NCBI GenBank assembly: GCA_051955535.1
Contig: JBQCGP010000085.1
Location: 19,361 to 83,360, forward strand
DNA: 64,000 bases
Reading direction: 5' to 3'
Source: Gaiellaceae bacterium
Lineage (GTDB): Bacteria; Actinomycetota; Thermoleophilia; Gaiellales; Gaiellaceae
The notes below the pieces were generated by a model. It saw nothing but the letters and a program-made list of their open reading frames with translations, had not been told where the DNA came from and searched no databases. Position 1 is the first letter of the stretch; each line of letters opens with the position of its first letter. A program made the translations under genes and the position numbers. This document shows, piece after piece, positions 1 to 10,002 of the stretch.

Positions 1-231
1 GCCGCGGGGCTCCTCGGCTTCGCGCTCTCCATCGACGATTTCGTGATCACGTACCTCAACGCGGGCCCGGTTCAGACGTTCCCGATCTTCGTCTGGGGGG
101 TCGCCCGGGTCGCCGTGCCCCCGCAAGTGAACGTGGTGGCGAGCGCAATCTTCCTCGTCGCGATCGCCCTCGGTCTCGCCAACGTCTTCTGGCAGTACCG
201 GTCCGCGAAGAGAACGCGAGGCCCGGCGTGA
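1..231 (+). CDS. ABC transporter permease, C-terminal end (PotC/PotI-like), 5' part outside window
   Basis: Frame 1 is open from base 1. The sequence ...SIDDFVITYLNAGPVQTFPIFVWGVARVAVPPQVNVVASAIFLVAIALGL... looks like the C-terminal TM region of binding-protein-dependent permeases. Its stop overlaps the next start (GTGA at 228-231). Confidence 0.7.
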   Translation, partial: AAGLLGFALSIDDFVITYLNAGPVQTFPIFVWGVARVAVPPQVNVVASAIFLVAIALGLANVFWQYRSAKRTRGPA

Positions 232-1652
232 CAACCATGTCCTCGGCTCCCGTCGACCTGCAGAAGCTCGCGCGCGAGCACCTCTGGCTGCACTTCACGC
301 GCATGGGCGGCTATGCCGAGACCGAGGTGCCGGTGATCGTCCGCGGCGAGGGCTGCTACCTCGAGGATGCCGACGGCAAGCGCTACCTCGACGCGCTCGC
401 GGGGCTCTTTGCGGTGAACATCGGCTACTCGCACGGCGACGAGATCGGCCAGGCCGCGCACGAGCAGATGCGCGAGTTGCCCTTCTATACGAACTGGTCG
501 TACGCGCACCCCCGCGCGATCGAGCTCGCGGCCGAAGTTGCGTCTCTGGCGCCAGGCGACCTGAGCCGCGTCTTTTTCGTCTCCGGCGGCTCGGAGGCGA
601 TCGAGTCCGCGTGGAAGCTCGCCCGCCAGTACCACGCGGCGCGCGGCGAGCGCCGCTGGAAGGCGGTGTCCCGCAACGTCGCCTACCACGGCACGACGAT
701 GGGGGCCCTCTCGATCAATGGGATCCCGGCGCTGCGAACGCCCTTCGAGCCGCTCGTCCCCGAGGTCGTCCACGTGCGGAACACGAACCGCTACCACCGG
801 CCCGGAGACGAAAGCGAGGAGGCGTTCACGGCGTTCCTGCTCGACGACCTCGAGGCCGCTTTGGACGCGGCCGGGCCGGACACGGTCGCGATGGTCGTCA
901 TGGAGCCGGTGCAGAACGCCGGCGGCTGTTTCACGCCGCCCGCGGGCTACTTCCGGGGCGTCCGGGAGATCTGCGACCGGTACGGAGTCCTGCTCTGCGC
1001 CGACGAGGTGATCACCGGCTTCGGGCGGCTAGGGCACTGGTTCGCGTCGGAGCGGTACGACATCCGGCCCGACCTCCTGACCTCGGCGAAAGGCCTGTCC
1101 TCGGCGTATGCGTCGATCGGCGCGGTCGTCACGACCGACCGGGTCATGGAGCCGTTCCAGGCCGCCGACTCGATGTTCATGCACGGCATGACCTTCGGCG
1201 GCCATCCGGTCATGTGCGCGATCGCGCTCAAGAACATCGAGATCTTGAAGCGGGAGCGGATCGTCGAGGGCGTCCTCGAGAAGGAGGCGATGTACCGCTC
1301 GACGCTGGAACAGCTCCTCGAGCTGCCGATCGCGGGCGACCTTCGCGGCGCCGGCTGCTTCTACGCCCTCGAGCTCGTCAAGGACAAGGAGACGCGCGAG
1401 ACCTTCACCGACGAAGAATCGGAGTGGCTGTTGCGCGGCTTCCTCTCCCCGGAGCTGTTCGAGCGCGGGCTGATCTGCCGCGCCGACGACCGCGGCGATC
1501 CAGTCATCCAGATCTCGCCGCCGCTCATCGCCGGCCAGGCCGAGTTCGACGAGATCGTCCGGATCCTCGGCGAGGTGCTCGAGGAGGCCTGGCAGAAGCT
1601 GGAGCGCCGGGATGGCGCCCCGCGGCGTGAGACGCCCCGCCGCGCTCCTTGA
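228..1652 (+). CDS. class-III (omega) aminotransferase, putrescine/beta-alanine--pyruvate aminotransferase-like
   Basis: 474-aa ORF with a typical class-III PLP aminotransferase layout (GYSHGDE, VSGGSEA.E.A.KLAR, DEVITGFGR.G, TSAKGLSS with the PLP lysine). An alternative ATG lies at 237. Confidence 0.9.
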   Translation: MTTMSSAPVDLQKLAREHLWLHFTRMGGYAETEVPVIVRGEGCYLEDADGKRYLDALAGLFAVNIGYSHGDEIGQAAHEQMRELPFYTNWSYAHPRAIELAAEVASLAPGDLSRVFFVSGGSEAIESAWKLARQYHAARGERRWKAVSRNVAYHGTTMGALSINGIPALRTPFEPLVPEVVHVRNTNRYHRPGDESEEAFTAFLLDDLEAALDAAGPDTVAMVVMEPVQNAGGCFTPPAGYFRGVREICDRYGVLLCADEVITGFGRLGHWFASERYDIRPDLLTSAKGLSSAYASIGAVVTTDRVMEPFQAADSMFMHGMTFGGHPVMCAIALKNIEILKRERIVEGVLEKEAMYRSTLEQLLELPIAGDLRGAGCFYALELVKDKETRETFTDEESEWLLRGFLSPELFERGLICRADDRGDPVIQISPPLIAGQAEFDEIVRILGEVLEEAWQKLERRDGAPRRETPRRAP

Positions 1653-3043
1653 TCCAGCCCTCTTCGCCGTGGTGGCTCGACGAAGCGCCTTCGGTCGAGC
1701 CTCAGGCGGCGCTCGAGGGTGACGTCGAGGCCGACGTAGCGATCGTCGGCGGCGGGTACACGGGCCTCTGGACCGCACTCGCCGTTCGGAAGCGTGAGCC
1801 GTCGGCACGGGTGGTCGTCCTCGAGGCGCAGCTCTGCGGTGAGGGCCCGAGCGGGCGGAACGGCGGGTTCCTCCACGGCTACTGGTCGCCGCTTGCGAGG
1901 CTGCGGCGCGTCTTCGGCGACGATGGCGCGCTCGAGATCGCGGAGGCGGGATCGGCGATCATCCCGGGCGTCCGCGACTTCGCTGAGGAGCACGGGGTGG
2001 ACATCTGGCTGCGGGAAGCGCCGCTCCTCGAAGTATCCGCCGCTCCCTCGCAGGACGAATCGATGGATCACGCGGTCGAAACTGCGCGTGAGCTCGGGGT
2101 CGAGCAGGAAGCGGTGCCGCTCACGTGGGCGGAGCTGGCCGAGCGCTGCGCCTCGCCGCGCTTCCGACGAGGAGTCCTCTTCCGCGAGGGAGCGACCGTG
2201 CAGCCGGCAAGGCTCGCGCGCGCGCTGCGGATGGCGGCGATCCAGTCTGGGGTCGAGATACATGAGAAAACGCCGCTCTCGAGGCTCCGGCGCGCCTCGC
2301 CGAACGTGCTCGAGACTCCGCGCGGGCGTGTCACGGCGGGCGAGGTCGTCGTTGCGGTGAACGCCGCGGCCGCCGGCTGGAGGCCGATCGCTCGGCGCCT
2401 GACCGCGTTCGGCTCATACGTCGTTCTCACCGAGCCTGTTCCGGAGCTGCTCGAACAGATCAACTGGACGGGTGGCGAGTCGATCGCGGACGGGCGCATG
2501 TTCCTGCATTACTTCCGGACGACGAACGACGGGCGCGTGCTCATGGGCAGCGGCTCTGGGCCGATCGGCTTCGGCGGCAGGATCGACGGTCGCTTCACGG
2601 CAGACATCCCGTCAGTGGCGCGGGCCGAAGCCGGACTGCGGTTCCTGCTGCCGGACTTCGCAGACGTCAAGATCGAGCGCGCGTGGGGCGGCCCGATCGA
2701 CGTCTCTGCCGACCGGTTCCCGTTCTTCGGCACGCTCCCTGGCGCACGCGTCCACTACGGCGCCGGCTACTCCGGCAACGGCGTCGGACCGAGCTGGCTG
2801 GGAGGGCAGATCCTCGCGCGGCTCGCCCTGGGGATTGCCGATGAGCTGACCGCGCTACCGCTCGTCAACCGGCACGTGAAGCCGCTGCCGCCAGAGCCGC
2901 TCAAGGCCTGGGGCGGCGCCGTGATCCGCGGCGCCGCACTTCGCGTCGAGGAAGCGGAAGAGGCCGGGCGCAGAGCTGCATCGCCGCTCCGAGCCGTCGC
3001 GGCGCTGCCCCGTCTCCTCGGCCTACGTGTCGGAACTCGTTAG
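1649..3043 (+). CDS. FAD-dependent oxidoreductase (gamma-glutamylputrescine oxidase / DAO family-like)
   Basis: N-terminal dinucleotide fold VAIVGGGYTGLWTALAV. 464 aa. TTGA start/stop overlap with the upstream aminotransferase. Confidence 0.8.
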   Translation: MIQPSSPWWLDEAPSVEPQAALEGDVEADVAIVGGGYTGLWTALAVRKREPSARVVVLEAQLCGEGPSGRNGGFLHGYWSPLARLRRVFGDDGALEIAEAGSAIIPGVRDFAEEHGVDIWLREAPLLEVSAAPSQDESMDHAVETARELGVEQEAVPLTWAELAERCASPRFRRGVLFREGATVQPARLARALRMAAIQSGVEIHEKTPLSRLRRASPNVLETPRGRVTAGEVVVAVNAAAAGWRPIARRLTAFGSYVVLTEPVPELLEQINWTGGESIADGRMFLHYFRTTNDGRVLMGSGSGPIGFGGRIDGRFTADIPSVARAEAGLRFLLPDFADVKIERAWGGPIDVSADRFPFFGTLPGARVHYGAGYSGNGVGPSWLGGQILARLALGIADELTALPLVNRHVKPLPPEPLKAWGGAVIRGAALRVEEAEEAGRRAASPLRAVAALPRLLGLRVGTR

Positions 3044-3409
3044 CTCACGGGCAAATGAACCGCCGCCGACCACGCGCTCGGCACGCGCTCCTGCCCGCTC
3101 ACGCAACTCGCGGTCGGAGGTGACGAGTACGAACGGCTCGTCGAGTTCCGCCGCACGCCGCGCGATCCAATCGTCGGCGGATTCCCGTCCGGTGCCGATG
3201 ACCTCGACGCCCTCGACCGGAGCAGGCGCCGGCCCGTCGAACACCGCTACCGCGTCGACGCCCTCGCGTTCGGCCCACTCCGCGAGCAGGTCGACCAGGC
3301 GCTCTGGCGACAGGTTCGGCCACAACGAGCGCCGCACGTTCGGGGCGTCAACGAGCACAACCACGTCCGGGGCAGACCCTAGCCTGGGCGCATGCCCGGT
3401 GAGCACCAC
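3023..3409 (-). CDS. NYN/YacP-like (PIN-related) domain protein
   Basis: Only the C-terminal ~128 aa of the long ORF look protein-like (DVVVLVDAPNVRRSLWPN...VFDGP...VLVTSDRELRER). GTG at 3409. The upstream part of the ORF is antisense to the DUF1003 gene. Confidence 0.55.
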   Translation of the reverse strand: MVLTGHAPRLGSAPDVVVLVDAPNVRRSLWPNLSPERLVDLLAEWAEREGVDAVAVFDGPAPAPVEGVEVIGTGRESADDWIARRAAELDEPFVLVTSDRELRERAGARAERVVGGGSFARELTSSDT

Positions 3410-3856
3410 GGCGCGTTCGGCGAGGACGCTTTCGGGCGCCGTGCGGAGAAGCTTGCTCGCTTTTTCGGGACGCCCGGGTACATCCTCGGCCAGACGATCG
3501 TCGTTGTCGTATGGATCGCGCTCAACGCGGCCGTGGTCGCCTTTCAGTGGGACCCGTATCCCTTCATCCTGCTCAACCTCGCCTTCTCGACGCAGGCGGC
3601 CTACGCGGCGCCGCTGATCCTGCTCGCGCAGACGCGGCAGGCCGACCGGGACAAGCTCGCCGAAGAAAGGCAGGAACAGCATCACAACGACGCGGAGCGC
3701 CTGGCGCAGGAGCGCGTCGTCGCGATCAAGGCGGAAACGGACAAGCTGACGGGCTTGCTCGAGTCGAACACGGACCTGACTCGCCAGGACAAGGTGCTGA
3801 CGGAGCAGGTCGCGGACCTGACGAAGCAGATCCACGACCTGCTGACGAAGCGCTAA
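3392..3856 (+). CDS. DUF1003 family membrane protein
   Basis: [21 protein letters not shown]...[35 protein letters not shown] is the characteristic DUF1003 core, followed by a coiled-coil tail. Confidence 0.8.
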   Translation: MPGEHHGAFGEDAFGRRAEKLARFFGTPGYILGQTIVVVVWIALNAAVVAFQWDPYPFILLNLAFSTQAAYAAPLILLAQTRQADRDKLAEERQEQHHNDAERLAQERVVAIKAETDKLTGLLESNTDLTRQDKVLTEQVADLTKQIHDLLTKR

Positions 3857-4341
3857 ACCGCTTCTCGAAGAGCGGCGGTGCAGCTAGACCGGCCGCGCTT
3901 CTCGAGGTACTGCTGGTGGTAGTCCTCGGCGGGGTAGAACGTCTGCGCAGGCTCGACCAGTGTCACCACCGGCCGTCGGTGACGGGTCTGCTCCTCCGTC
4001 TTGGAGCGCAGCGCGACCTCCTGCTGCTCGGGATCGTGGAAGAAGATCACCGAGCGATACTGGTCGCCGATGTCCCAGCCCTGTCGGTTCAGCTGGGTCG
4101 GGTTGTGCTTGTGCCAGAAGACGCCCAGGAGCTGCTCGTACGAGACCTGCTCCGGGTCGTACGTGACCTCGACGACCTCGGCGTGGCCGGTCGTGTGCGA
4201 GCAGACGTCCTGGTAGGTCGGGTTCTCGAGCGTGCCGCCCTCGTAGCCGACCTCGGTCTTGGTGACGCCGTCCAGCTGGCGGAACGCCGCCTCGACGCCC
4301 CAGAAACAGCCCGCGCCGAATGTTGCCTTCTTCAAGCTCAT
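3853..4341 (-). CDS. msrA: peptide-methionine (S)-S-oxide reductase
   Basis: [20 protein letters not shown]...[12 protein letters not shown]...YHQQYL. ATG at 4341 overlaps the msrB stop (ATGA). Confidence 0.95.
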   Translation of the reverse strand: MSLKKATFGAGCFWGVEAAFRQLDGVTKTEVGYEGGTLENPTYQDVCSHTTGHAEVVEVTYDPEQVSYEQLLGVFWHKHNPTQLNRQGWDIGDQYRSVIFFHDPEQQEVALRSKTEEQTRHRRPVVTLVEPAQTFYPAEDYHQQYLEKRGRSSCTAALREAV

Positions 4342-4730
4342 TCCTCCTCGAATGTCAGTGCGGCCGAGTTGATGCAGAAGCGCTGGCCGGTCGGCGCCGG
4401 CCCGTCCGGGAAGACGTGGCCGAGGTGGCCGCCACAGCTTGCGCACAGGACTTCCGTACGGATCATCCCGTGGCTGACGTCGCTCTCCTCGTCGATCGCC
4501 TCCTCGCCGGCAGGCGCGTAGAACGCGGGCCAGCCGCAGCCGGAGTCGTACTTCGTGTCGGAGCCGAACAGCTCGGCCCCACAGCCCGCGCACCGGTACG
4601 TGCCCGCCTCGAACGTGTAGTCGTGCTCGCCCGAGAACGGTGCCTCGGTGCCCTTTTCGCGCAGAATCCGGTACTGCTCCGGCGTCAGCTCAGCACGCCA
4701 CTCTTGCTCTGTTTTCTGAATTTTCGGCAT
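4338..4730 (-). CDS. msrB: peptide-methionine (R)-S-oxide reductase
   Basis: Contains CAGCGAELF...GCGWPAF...[27 protein letters not shown], i.e. two CxxC Zn motifs plus the catalytic Cys. Confidence 0.95.
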   Translation of the reverse strand: MPKIQKTEQEWRAELTPEQYRILREKGTEAPFSGEHDYTFEAGTYRCAGCGAELFGSDTKYDSGCGWPAFYAPAGEEAIDEESDVSHGMIRTEVLCASCGGHLGHVFPDGPAPTGQRFCINSAALTFEEE

Positions 4731-4760
4731 CACTGAATAGTGTGCCAACAACCGGTTTTG

Positions 4761-5522
4761 TTACGCCTCAGCCTCGCTGAGCCACTGGCCCGTCCACCAT
4801 TCCGGATGGGGCATGCCGCTCTCGTGTGCGACGTCTCGGAGGGCCGAGATGTCGTAAGGCGCGCGTCGCAGCTCGGCCGAGATGCGGCCGTTCTCGGCGG
4901 TGAGGATCGCGTACTCCGCCCACGGCGATAGACGGATGGCGCCGTTGGGCGGCCAGTTGTGAAAAGGCAGCCCGACGCTGCCCGGGTTGACCACGAGCGT
5001 CGAGTTGTGGGGACGAACGAGCTGGACGTGCGTGTGCCCGGCTGTCAGAGCGGAAGGGTCGGCCTCGCCGAGCATCTCGGCCAGCTCGTGGTCTGGAGTC
5101 GTCGGATGGATGTCCTCCATGAAGGAGCGCGGCGAGCCGTGCACGCAGAGAACCGAAGCGCCGTTGAGCCGCAACTCGACCTGTTCGGGAAGCGTGGCCA
5201 GGTAGGTCTTGTCGCCCTCGTCGAGCTGCGCCGCGCACCACTCACCCTGGTCACGCAGCCTGGGGCCGGCATAACCGGGTAAGTCCGGCATCCCGTCCAG
5301 CATCCACGTATCCCAGTTGCCGAGTACGACCGGACAGTCGAGGCAGCGCAGCCGTGCGACCGTTTCCCTGGGCTGGGGCCCGGCCGCGACGTCGCCGAGG
5401 CACACGATCCGCTCGATGCCGGCGTCCCCGAGCTCGCCGAGGACCGCCTCGAACGCGAGCAGGTTGCCGTGGAGATCCGAGATCAGCGCCAGCCGCAGCA
5501 CGGACGAAGAATAAGAGGTCAT
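4761..5522 (-). CDS. metallophosphoesterase (YfcE/MJ0936-like)
   Basis: LALISDLHGN, CLGDVA, GNWD and GHTH motifs. ATG at 5522 overlaps the stop of the upstream gene. Confidence 0.85.
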   Translation of the reverse strand: MTSYSSSVLRLALISDLHGNLLAFEAVLGELGDAGIERIVCLGDVAAGPQPRETVARLRCLDCPVVLGNWDTWMLDGMPDLPGYAGPRLRDQGEWCAAQLDEGDKTYLATLPEQVELRLNGASVLCVHGSPRSFMEDIHPTTPDHELAEMLGEADPSALTAGHTHVQLVRPHNSTLVVNPGSVGLPFHNWPPNGAIRLSPWAEYAILTAENGRISAELRRAPYDISALRDVAHESGMPHPEWWTGQWLSEAEA

Positions 5523-6415
5523 TCGGCGGCCGCGCGCTCCAGCCCGGCCAGGGCTTCGCGCTCGATCGCCGCGAAGCCCTCGTTGTGACCGTAATGCGCG
5601 AGTGCCGCCGAGAGGGAGAGCGCGACGGCACGCGCGCGTAGCAGCTGCTCCTCGGAGACCGGCCCGTACTCGTCCAGAAATGCCTCGCGACCCTCGGGTG
5701 AGAAATAGCTCCACAGCATCGAGAAGTCGATCGCCGGGTCGCTGCAGCAGACGTCGACCCAGTCGATCACGCCGCTCGGCCGGCCGTTGCCGTCGACGAG
5801 CACTTGCCGGAAGTGGAGGTCGCCGTGCACGACCGCGGAGACCCGCGAGTCAGGCAGGCGCTCCGCCTCGTCGAGCAGCCGGTCGACCGTGGGAGGTCGC
5901 TGCCAGATGCCTTCGCCCTGGAGGTCGGCGAGCTGCTCGCGCGTCTTGGGGACGCGCGTCTTCATGTCGGCGCGCCGGTTAGCGTCCGTCGGTAGCTCGT
6001 AGCCGACGTCGGCCTCGTGAAGCACACGCAGGAATCGCGCCAGGCCGCGCGCGACTTCCACTCGCGCACCGTCCTCGAGCTTGGCGTCTCCGAGCTCCCG
6101 CCCCGCCAGAAGGGCGCTGCCGAAGAACGGCCACGGGAAACCGGCCGCGGGCTCGCCGACGAAGACCGGCTCGGGCACCGCGATCGGCAGCAGCGGCGCC
6201 AGCTCTGGCAGCACCGCGATCTCCCGCCGCACACCCGGCACCGCGATCTCGCGGCGCGGGAATCGGAACGCCCAGCGCTCGTCGACCACCCAGATCGAGT
6301 AGTCCCAGCCCTCCGCGAACGGCCGCAGCGACTCGGCGTCAAGGCCCTGAAACTGTGCGAGCAGCTGACGAACAAGAGCCTCGTCGACGACGAGCTCGGC
6401 AGTCCAGGTTGCCAC
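5519..6415 (-). CDS. aminoglycoside/choline-kinase-type phosphotransferase (APH family)
   Basis: VVHGDLHFRQVLVD...GVIDWVDVCCSDPAIDF is the Brenner / APH catalytic-loop motif. 298 aa. Confidence 0.85.
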   Translation of the reverse strand: MATWTAELVVDEALVRQLLAQFQGLDAESLRPFAEGWDYSIWVVDERWAFRFPRREIAVPGVRREIAVLPELAPLLPIAVPEPVFVGEPAAGFPWPFFGSALLAGRELGDAKLEDGARVEVARGLARFLRVLHEADVGYELPTDANRRADMKTRVPKTREQLADLQGEGIWQRPPTVDRLLDEAERLPDSRVSAVVHGDLHFRQVLVDGNGRPSGVIDWVDVCCSDPAIDFSMLWSYFSPEGREAFLDEYGPVSEEQLLRARAVALSLSAALAHYGHNEGFAAIEREALAGLERAAAE

Positions 6416-6799
6416 CTAGACGAACGACGGCCGACGTCGAGTGTCTTCGAGCTCGCCGACGATCGCGTAACCGATCCAGTTGACGAGCCAGACGATCACG
6501 ACAGTCCCGACGTACGTCCAGAAGCCGTCGATCGAGAAGTTCGGGGCGATCCACTCGGCCAGAGCGAGCATTGCGATGTTGATCACGAGCAGGAAGAGGC
6601 CGAGCGTCAGGATGATCAACGGCAGGGTGATCAGCGTAAGTATCGGCTTGATCACCGCGTTCGCAATCCCGAGCACCGCGGCGCCGATGATGTAGGCCCA
6701 CCATCCATGGATCCGGACGCCCGAGAAGAGCGCGTTCGCGACCCAGAGTGCGGCGGCGTTGATCGCCAGAGCGAGCGCGAGACGGATTGCGAGCGGCAC
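6416..6799 (-). CDS. YvlD / phage-holin-4_2 family small membrane protein
   Basis: 127 aa with 3-4 TM helices. GAAVLGIANAVIKPILTLITLPLIILTLGLFLLVIN is typical of this family. Confidence 0.7.
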   Translation of the reverse strand: MPLAIRLALALAINAAALWVANALFSGVRIHGWWAYIIGAAVLGIANAVIKPILTLITLPLIILTLGLFLLVINIAMLALAEWIAPNFSIDGFWTYVGTVVIVWLVNWIGYAIVGELEDTRRRPSFV

Positions 6800-6888
6800 G
6801 TCTCGCAGAGCCTATCGCGACGCTGTTCGCCGTCTTGTGACGGGTGTATCATTTTTGTCGAGCTTTCCCCCTGCGGAAGGGAGTGCCG

Positions 6889-7224
6889 ATGACGACATCC
6901 GGTGCCGATCTGCCCAGCGGCACGGTTGCGCTCGATTGGGACGAGCTTGCAGGGCTCGACCGGATCGCAACGGCCTACACGGTTGGAGAGCACGCGGTCG
7001 TGCTCGAGACGACCGACGGTCGCGAGATCCGAATCACCGCCCTCTATGACCGCGCGCGTGACAAGTACGTCGCCGAGTTCGAGCGACGGAGTGTCGTAAA
7101 GAGCGGGAACAAGGAAGTACGCGTCTGGGCCCAGACGCCGGCGTACAAGCATTGCGCGGCCGAGGACGCAGCGAGCTGCCTCGAAGCGGCAGTTCTCGAA
7201 GTCGACCGCACGAACGTCTACTAG
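6889..7224 (+). CDS. hypothetical protein
   Basis: ATG preceded by GGAAGGGAG. 111 aa with high GC3. No family recognised. Confidence 0.5.
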   Translation: MTTSGADLPSGTVALDWDELAGLDRIATAYTVGEHAVVLETTDGREIRITALYDRARDKYVAEFERRSVVKSGNKEVRVWAQTPAYKHCAAEDAASCLEAAVLEVDRTNVY

Positions 7225-7268
7225 TCATCAGAGCAGCCGCCGGCTCGCGCCCGTCCTAGCTCGTGGGA

Positions 7269-7298
7269 CAACCCCCGCCTGTGAAAGCACGGGGGTTG
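7269..7298. terminator. stem-loop between convergent genes
   Basis: CAACCCCCG-12 nt-CGGGGGTTG, a perfect 9-bp stem between the 7224 (+) and 7354 (-) gene ends. Confidence 0.5.
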
Positions 7299-7353
7299 CC
7301 GTGATGCCAGGTGGCTTAGGCAGCGGACGCAGGTCCTGCCGGCGGTCGTCCGC

Positions 7354-8532
7354 TCATGGAGCGCCGCCGTTGCCGTAGGGCAGACCCGGCGGTATCAGCT
7401 TGACGCAGATCGCCTCCGCCCTCTTGGCCTGGGAAGAGTTCGGATCGATGTTCGGCGGGATGTTGAACTTGACGCCGTTGTTCTCGAACGTCGGATCGGG
7501 GAAGTCAGGAACTCCGTGTGAGCGCATGCACCTGGCGGCCTTGAGGTAGTCAGCCTGATCGGCAGGAGTGATCGTTTGGCTCGGGGTCTGGTGACCGTTC
7601 TCATTCGGCTGCGTTCCGGGCGGCAGGGTTCCGGGCGGAACGTCGGTTGAAGCGGGCGGCGCAGTAATCGGCGGCGTGCTGCCAAGCCGGCTGTACGTGA
7701 CGCTCCACGTGTAAGTGCCGTCCCCGGCGGATGAGCCGGTGTGCTGCCCTTGGAAGGTCACGCTGACCTGCTTGACGAGGCCGTCACCTCCGACGCTCAT
7801 CTGGAGTTGGAGATCGTTCAGCTGGCCGCCAGGAGCGTCTCCTTTTCCGGCACCGAACATCATGTCGGTGCGCTTTTGGGCACCGAGGATCATGCTGATG
7901 ATGGCGTTATTGCCGGGATCGTTCCCTGCATTGATGCTGCTGCTAGGAATCGTGCCGGTGTACACGGTGGTGCCATCCGCTTGCGCCGTCTTCTGCACGT
8001 GGGTGGCGAGGGCGAGGACCTGCTGCGCGGTGGTGCCCGCGATGTTGTCTTGTGCGAGTTGCATCAACCCGCCGAGCGGCTTCGGCCCGACGTTGGAGGC
8101 GTTCGCGTAGTGCAGCCAGGTCCCATCCGACGTCTCCACGTACATGCCGCCTCCGATCAGCAGGAGTTGCCGAATCAGGTCGAACCCCGGCGAGAAGGCG
8201 ATGTCGTGGCCGTTCCAGCGGGTGGCGTCAATTGTGCGACTGACGCCTCGGTGGAGCACGGTCGTCGTCATCGTCCCTGACGGAGCTGCGGCGGTCGCGG
8301 CGAGCGCTCTCGCCGCCGCCGCGGAAGCGCTGGACGGTGATGCGGCGCTGAGCGTGAAGCCGAGCACGATGGCGGCAGTCGCGGCGGCAAGCACCGCGAG
8401 CGTCGGAACGGCGAGGCGAAGCGATCGAGGTTGCATTACGCGCGAGCGACGGGTGCCGCGATCCAGGTCACGCTTGATGGCATCTCGCAATTGCGTGCGG
8501 TACAGGAGAAGTTCCTCAGGGATTTCGTTCAT
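7354..8532 (-). CDS. membrane-anchored putative anti-sigma factor / secreted domain protein
   Basis: Starts at MNEIPEE (ATG 8532), overlapping the sigma stop by 4 nt. It has a short cytoplasmic N-terminus, one TM helix (LAVPTLAVLAAATAAIVLGF) and a large extracytoplasmic domain ending in a Cys pair (CMRSHGVPDFPDP...AICV). Confidence 0.6.
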   Translation of the reverse strand: MNEIPEELLLYRTQLRDAIKRDLDRGTRRSRVMQPRSLRLAVPTLAVLAAATAAIVLGFTLSAASPSSASAAAARALAATAAAPSGTMTTTVLHRGVSRTIDATRWNGHDIAFSPGFDLIRQLLLIGGGMYVETSDGTWLHYANASNVGPKPLGGLMQLAQDNIAGTTAQQVLALATHVQKTAQADGTTVYTGTIPSSSINAGNDPGNNAIISMILGAQKRTDMMFGAGKGDAPGGQLNDLQLQMSVGGDGLVKQVSVTFQGQHTGSSAGDGTYTWSVTYSRLGSTPPITAPPASTDVPPGTLPPGTQPNENGHQTPSQTITPADQADYLKAARCMRSHGVPDFPDPTFENNGVKFNIPPNIDPNSSQAKRAEAICVKLIPPGLPYGNGGAP

Positions 8533-9083
8533 GGCCGTTGACCTCCCAGCGTGCATTGGAGTTGGCGAAGCAAACGGGAGACGCGAAGCCGCGCGGCCTG
8601 CGGCGTGCACCGCAGTTGTGTGGCGATCTCGCGGTAGGGGCGTTCCTCGATCACTCGGAGACGGAGGAGTTCGCGTTCCCCCGCCGACAGCGAAGAGACC
8701 GCTTGCCGTGCCGCCTCCGACAGCGACAAGCGCTCGTCAACGGCGTCGAGGTTGCCATCGGGCGCGATCATGCGCGGGAGCCCTAGCCGACGACGAGCCG
8801 CATCCTCGACCCGCCGCTTCCGCAGCGAATCGCGGAGCACGTTCTGTGCAATCCCAAGAATCCAGGGAAGCGCAGGCCGTCCGTCCTGATCGCGGAACCG
8901 ACCTCTGTAGAGCCAGGCCCGTGCGAAGACTTCGGCTGTCAGATCGGCGGCATGCTCGCCAACCCGTGCTCGCGCCCAGGCAAGCACCTGACCGACGTAC
9001 CGGTCGTACACCTCCGCGAACGCATCGGCATCACTCGCTCGCAAGAGTTCTGCGTCCGACGCCCTAGCGAAGTTGCGTCTCAC
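8529..9083 (-). CDS. ECF (sigma-70 family) RNA polymerase sigma factor
   Basis: Region 2 (FAEVYDRY...FARAWL) and region 4 (LSAGERELLRLRVIEERPYREIA..L.CTPQAARLRVSR). GTG at 9083. Confidence 0.85.
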   Translation of the reverse strand: MRRNFARASDAELLRASDADAFAEVYDRYVGQVLAWARARVGEHAADLTAEVFARAWLYRGRFRDQDGRPALPWILGIAQNVLRDSLRKRRVEDAARRRLGLPRMIAPDGNLDAVDERLSLSEAARQAVSSLSAGERELLRLRVIEERPYREIATQLRCTPQAARLRVSRLLRQLQCTLGGQRP

Positions 9084-9110
9084 AACCTGTACTTCGCCGC
9101 TCCACAAAAA

Positions 9111-9310
9111 GTGTGTCAGCCTCGACAAGTGTGTCAGACCTGTGAACGCTGGTTGCCGTTCAGCGCCTTCGGTAAATCGTCGCTTGAAAAGCGGCCGAGC
9201 TAGTTGGTGCAAGGAGTGCGCACGAGGCGCGCAGCACCGCTGGCACAAGAAAAACGCCGAACGGATCAACGCCACACGGAGACTCGGCGAGCGTGAGCGC
9301 GATTGGGTCG
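9111..9310 (+). pseudogene. frameshifted small Zn-ribbon gene (CxxC...LPFSAF...SWCKEC...W..KN type)
   Basis: One frame reads VCQPRQVCQTCERWLPFSAFGKSSLEKRPS-stop (9201-9203). The next frame continues SWCKECARGAQHRWHKKNAERINATRRLGERERDW. Together they form a common phage/actinobacterial 4-Cys small protein split by a frameshift. Confidence 0.35.
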
Positions 9311-10002
9311 ATTTCGGCGAGACGTTCTCCTACCATCACGCCAGCGCCGTCTGCTGCCGGACTGCCGCTCGAGCGTCGGCTCGCAGGCCAGCGGCGCCGT
9401 TACCACGGCGCGAAACGGCCCAGGAAGGCGGAGGCCCTCCGCATTTCCAGGCGAAAGGAGTAACGTCCCCAGCCTGCGGCCAAGGCGCAGGACGCTGCGC
9501 TACTACCTCTGGCACAGCGTCCCGTTGCCGATGTCCCCAAAGGCGCGCCTTGGCCGCCATCTCATGCCCTTCGCGGGTGTTCTGCAATAGCTGAACCGAT
9601 TCCCTTGCAGATCTTGCAATGCCGCTCCGGGCTCGACCGATGCTCGTGAGCCGGGACTTGGCCGCCGATGCCTGCGGCAAGCTGACGGCCCGCCAGCCCA
9701 GGGTGGGAGATTAGGCGTGTCCCGGCTCCAGAGAGCTTTCGGCAGCAGTGGCCAACTTCCCGCTTGTCCACAAGAGCGATCTACGCTTAGGGAGCCGGGG
9801 CAACGGCAACTCCCTCTCCCTGCCCGGAGGCGCCGAGCCTCGCCGCAATGGGCTCGCCGCCCCGCTCCGGCTCCCGCAAAGGATCTTCGCGAATCGCTCG
9901 CTCAGCGGCTTCCCCCGAAGGTCTGGCGTGGCCCGAACCTTCGGGACGATCAACGGTTTAACAGCCAAGCGACCGGCAAAAGCTGCTCCGATTGGGGATG
10001 AG

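Noticed and set aside
72-2263. Long alternative-frame and antisense ORFs over the aminotransferase/oxidase genes (for example 72-797 -, 611-1630 +, 1029-1808 -, 1361-2263 -).
   Set aside because: They are Arg/Ala/Pro/Gly-rich low-complexity translations with no recognisable motifs. They fully overlap ORFs with clear family signatures. Stop-codon-poor antisense frames are the usual artefact in very GC-rich DNA.
9336-10002. Several 60-115-aa ORFs on both strands in the spacer 9.3-10.0 kb (9303-9590 +, 9336-9680 -, 9562-9771 -, 9711-9968 -, 9717-10001 +).
   Set aside because: They overlap one another mutually, lack RBS/start context and any recognisable motif, and have Arg/Ser/Pro-rich composition. 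I treat the stretch as non-coding or decayed DNA.
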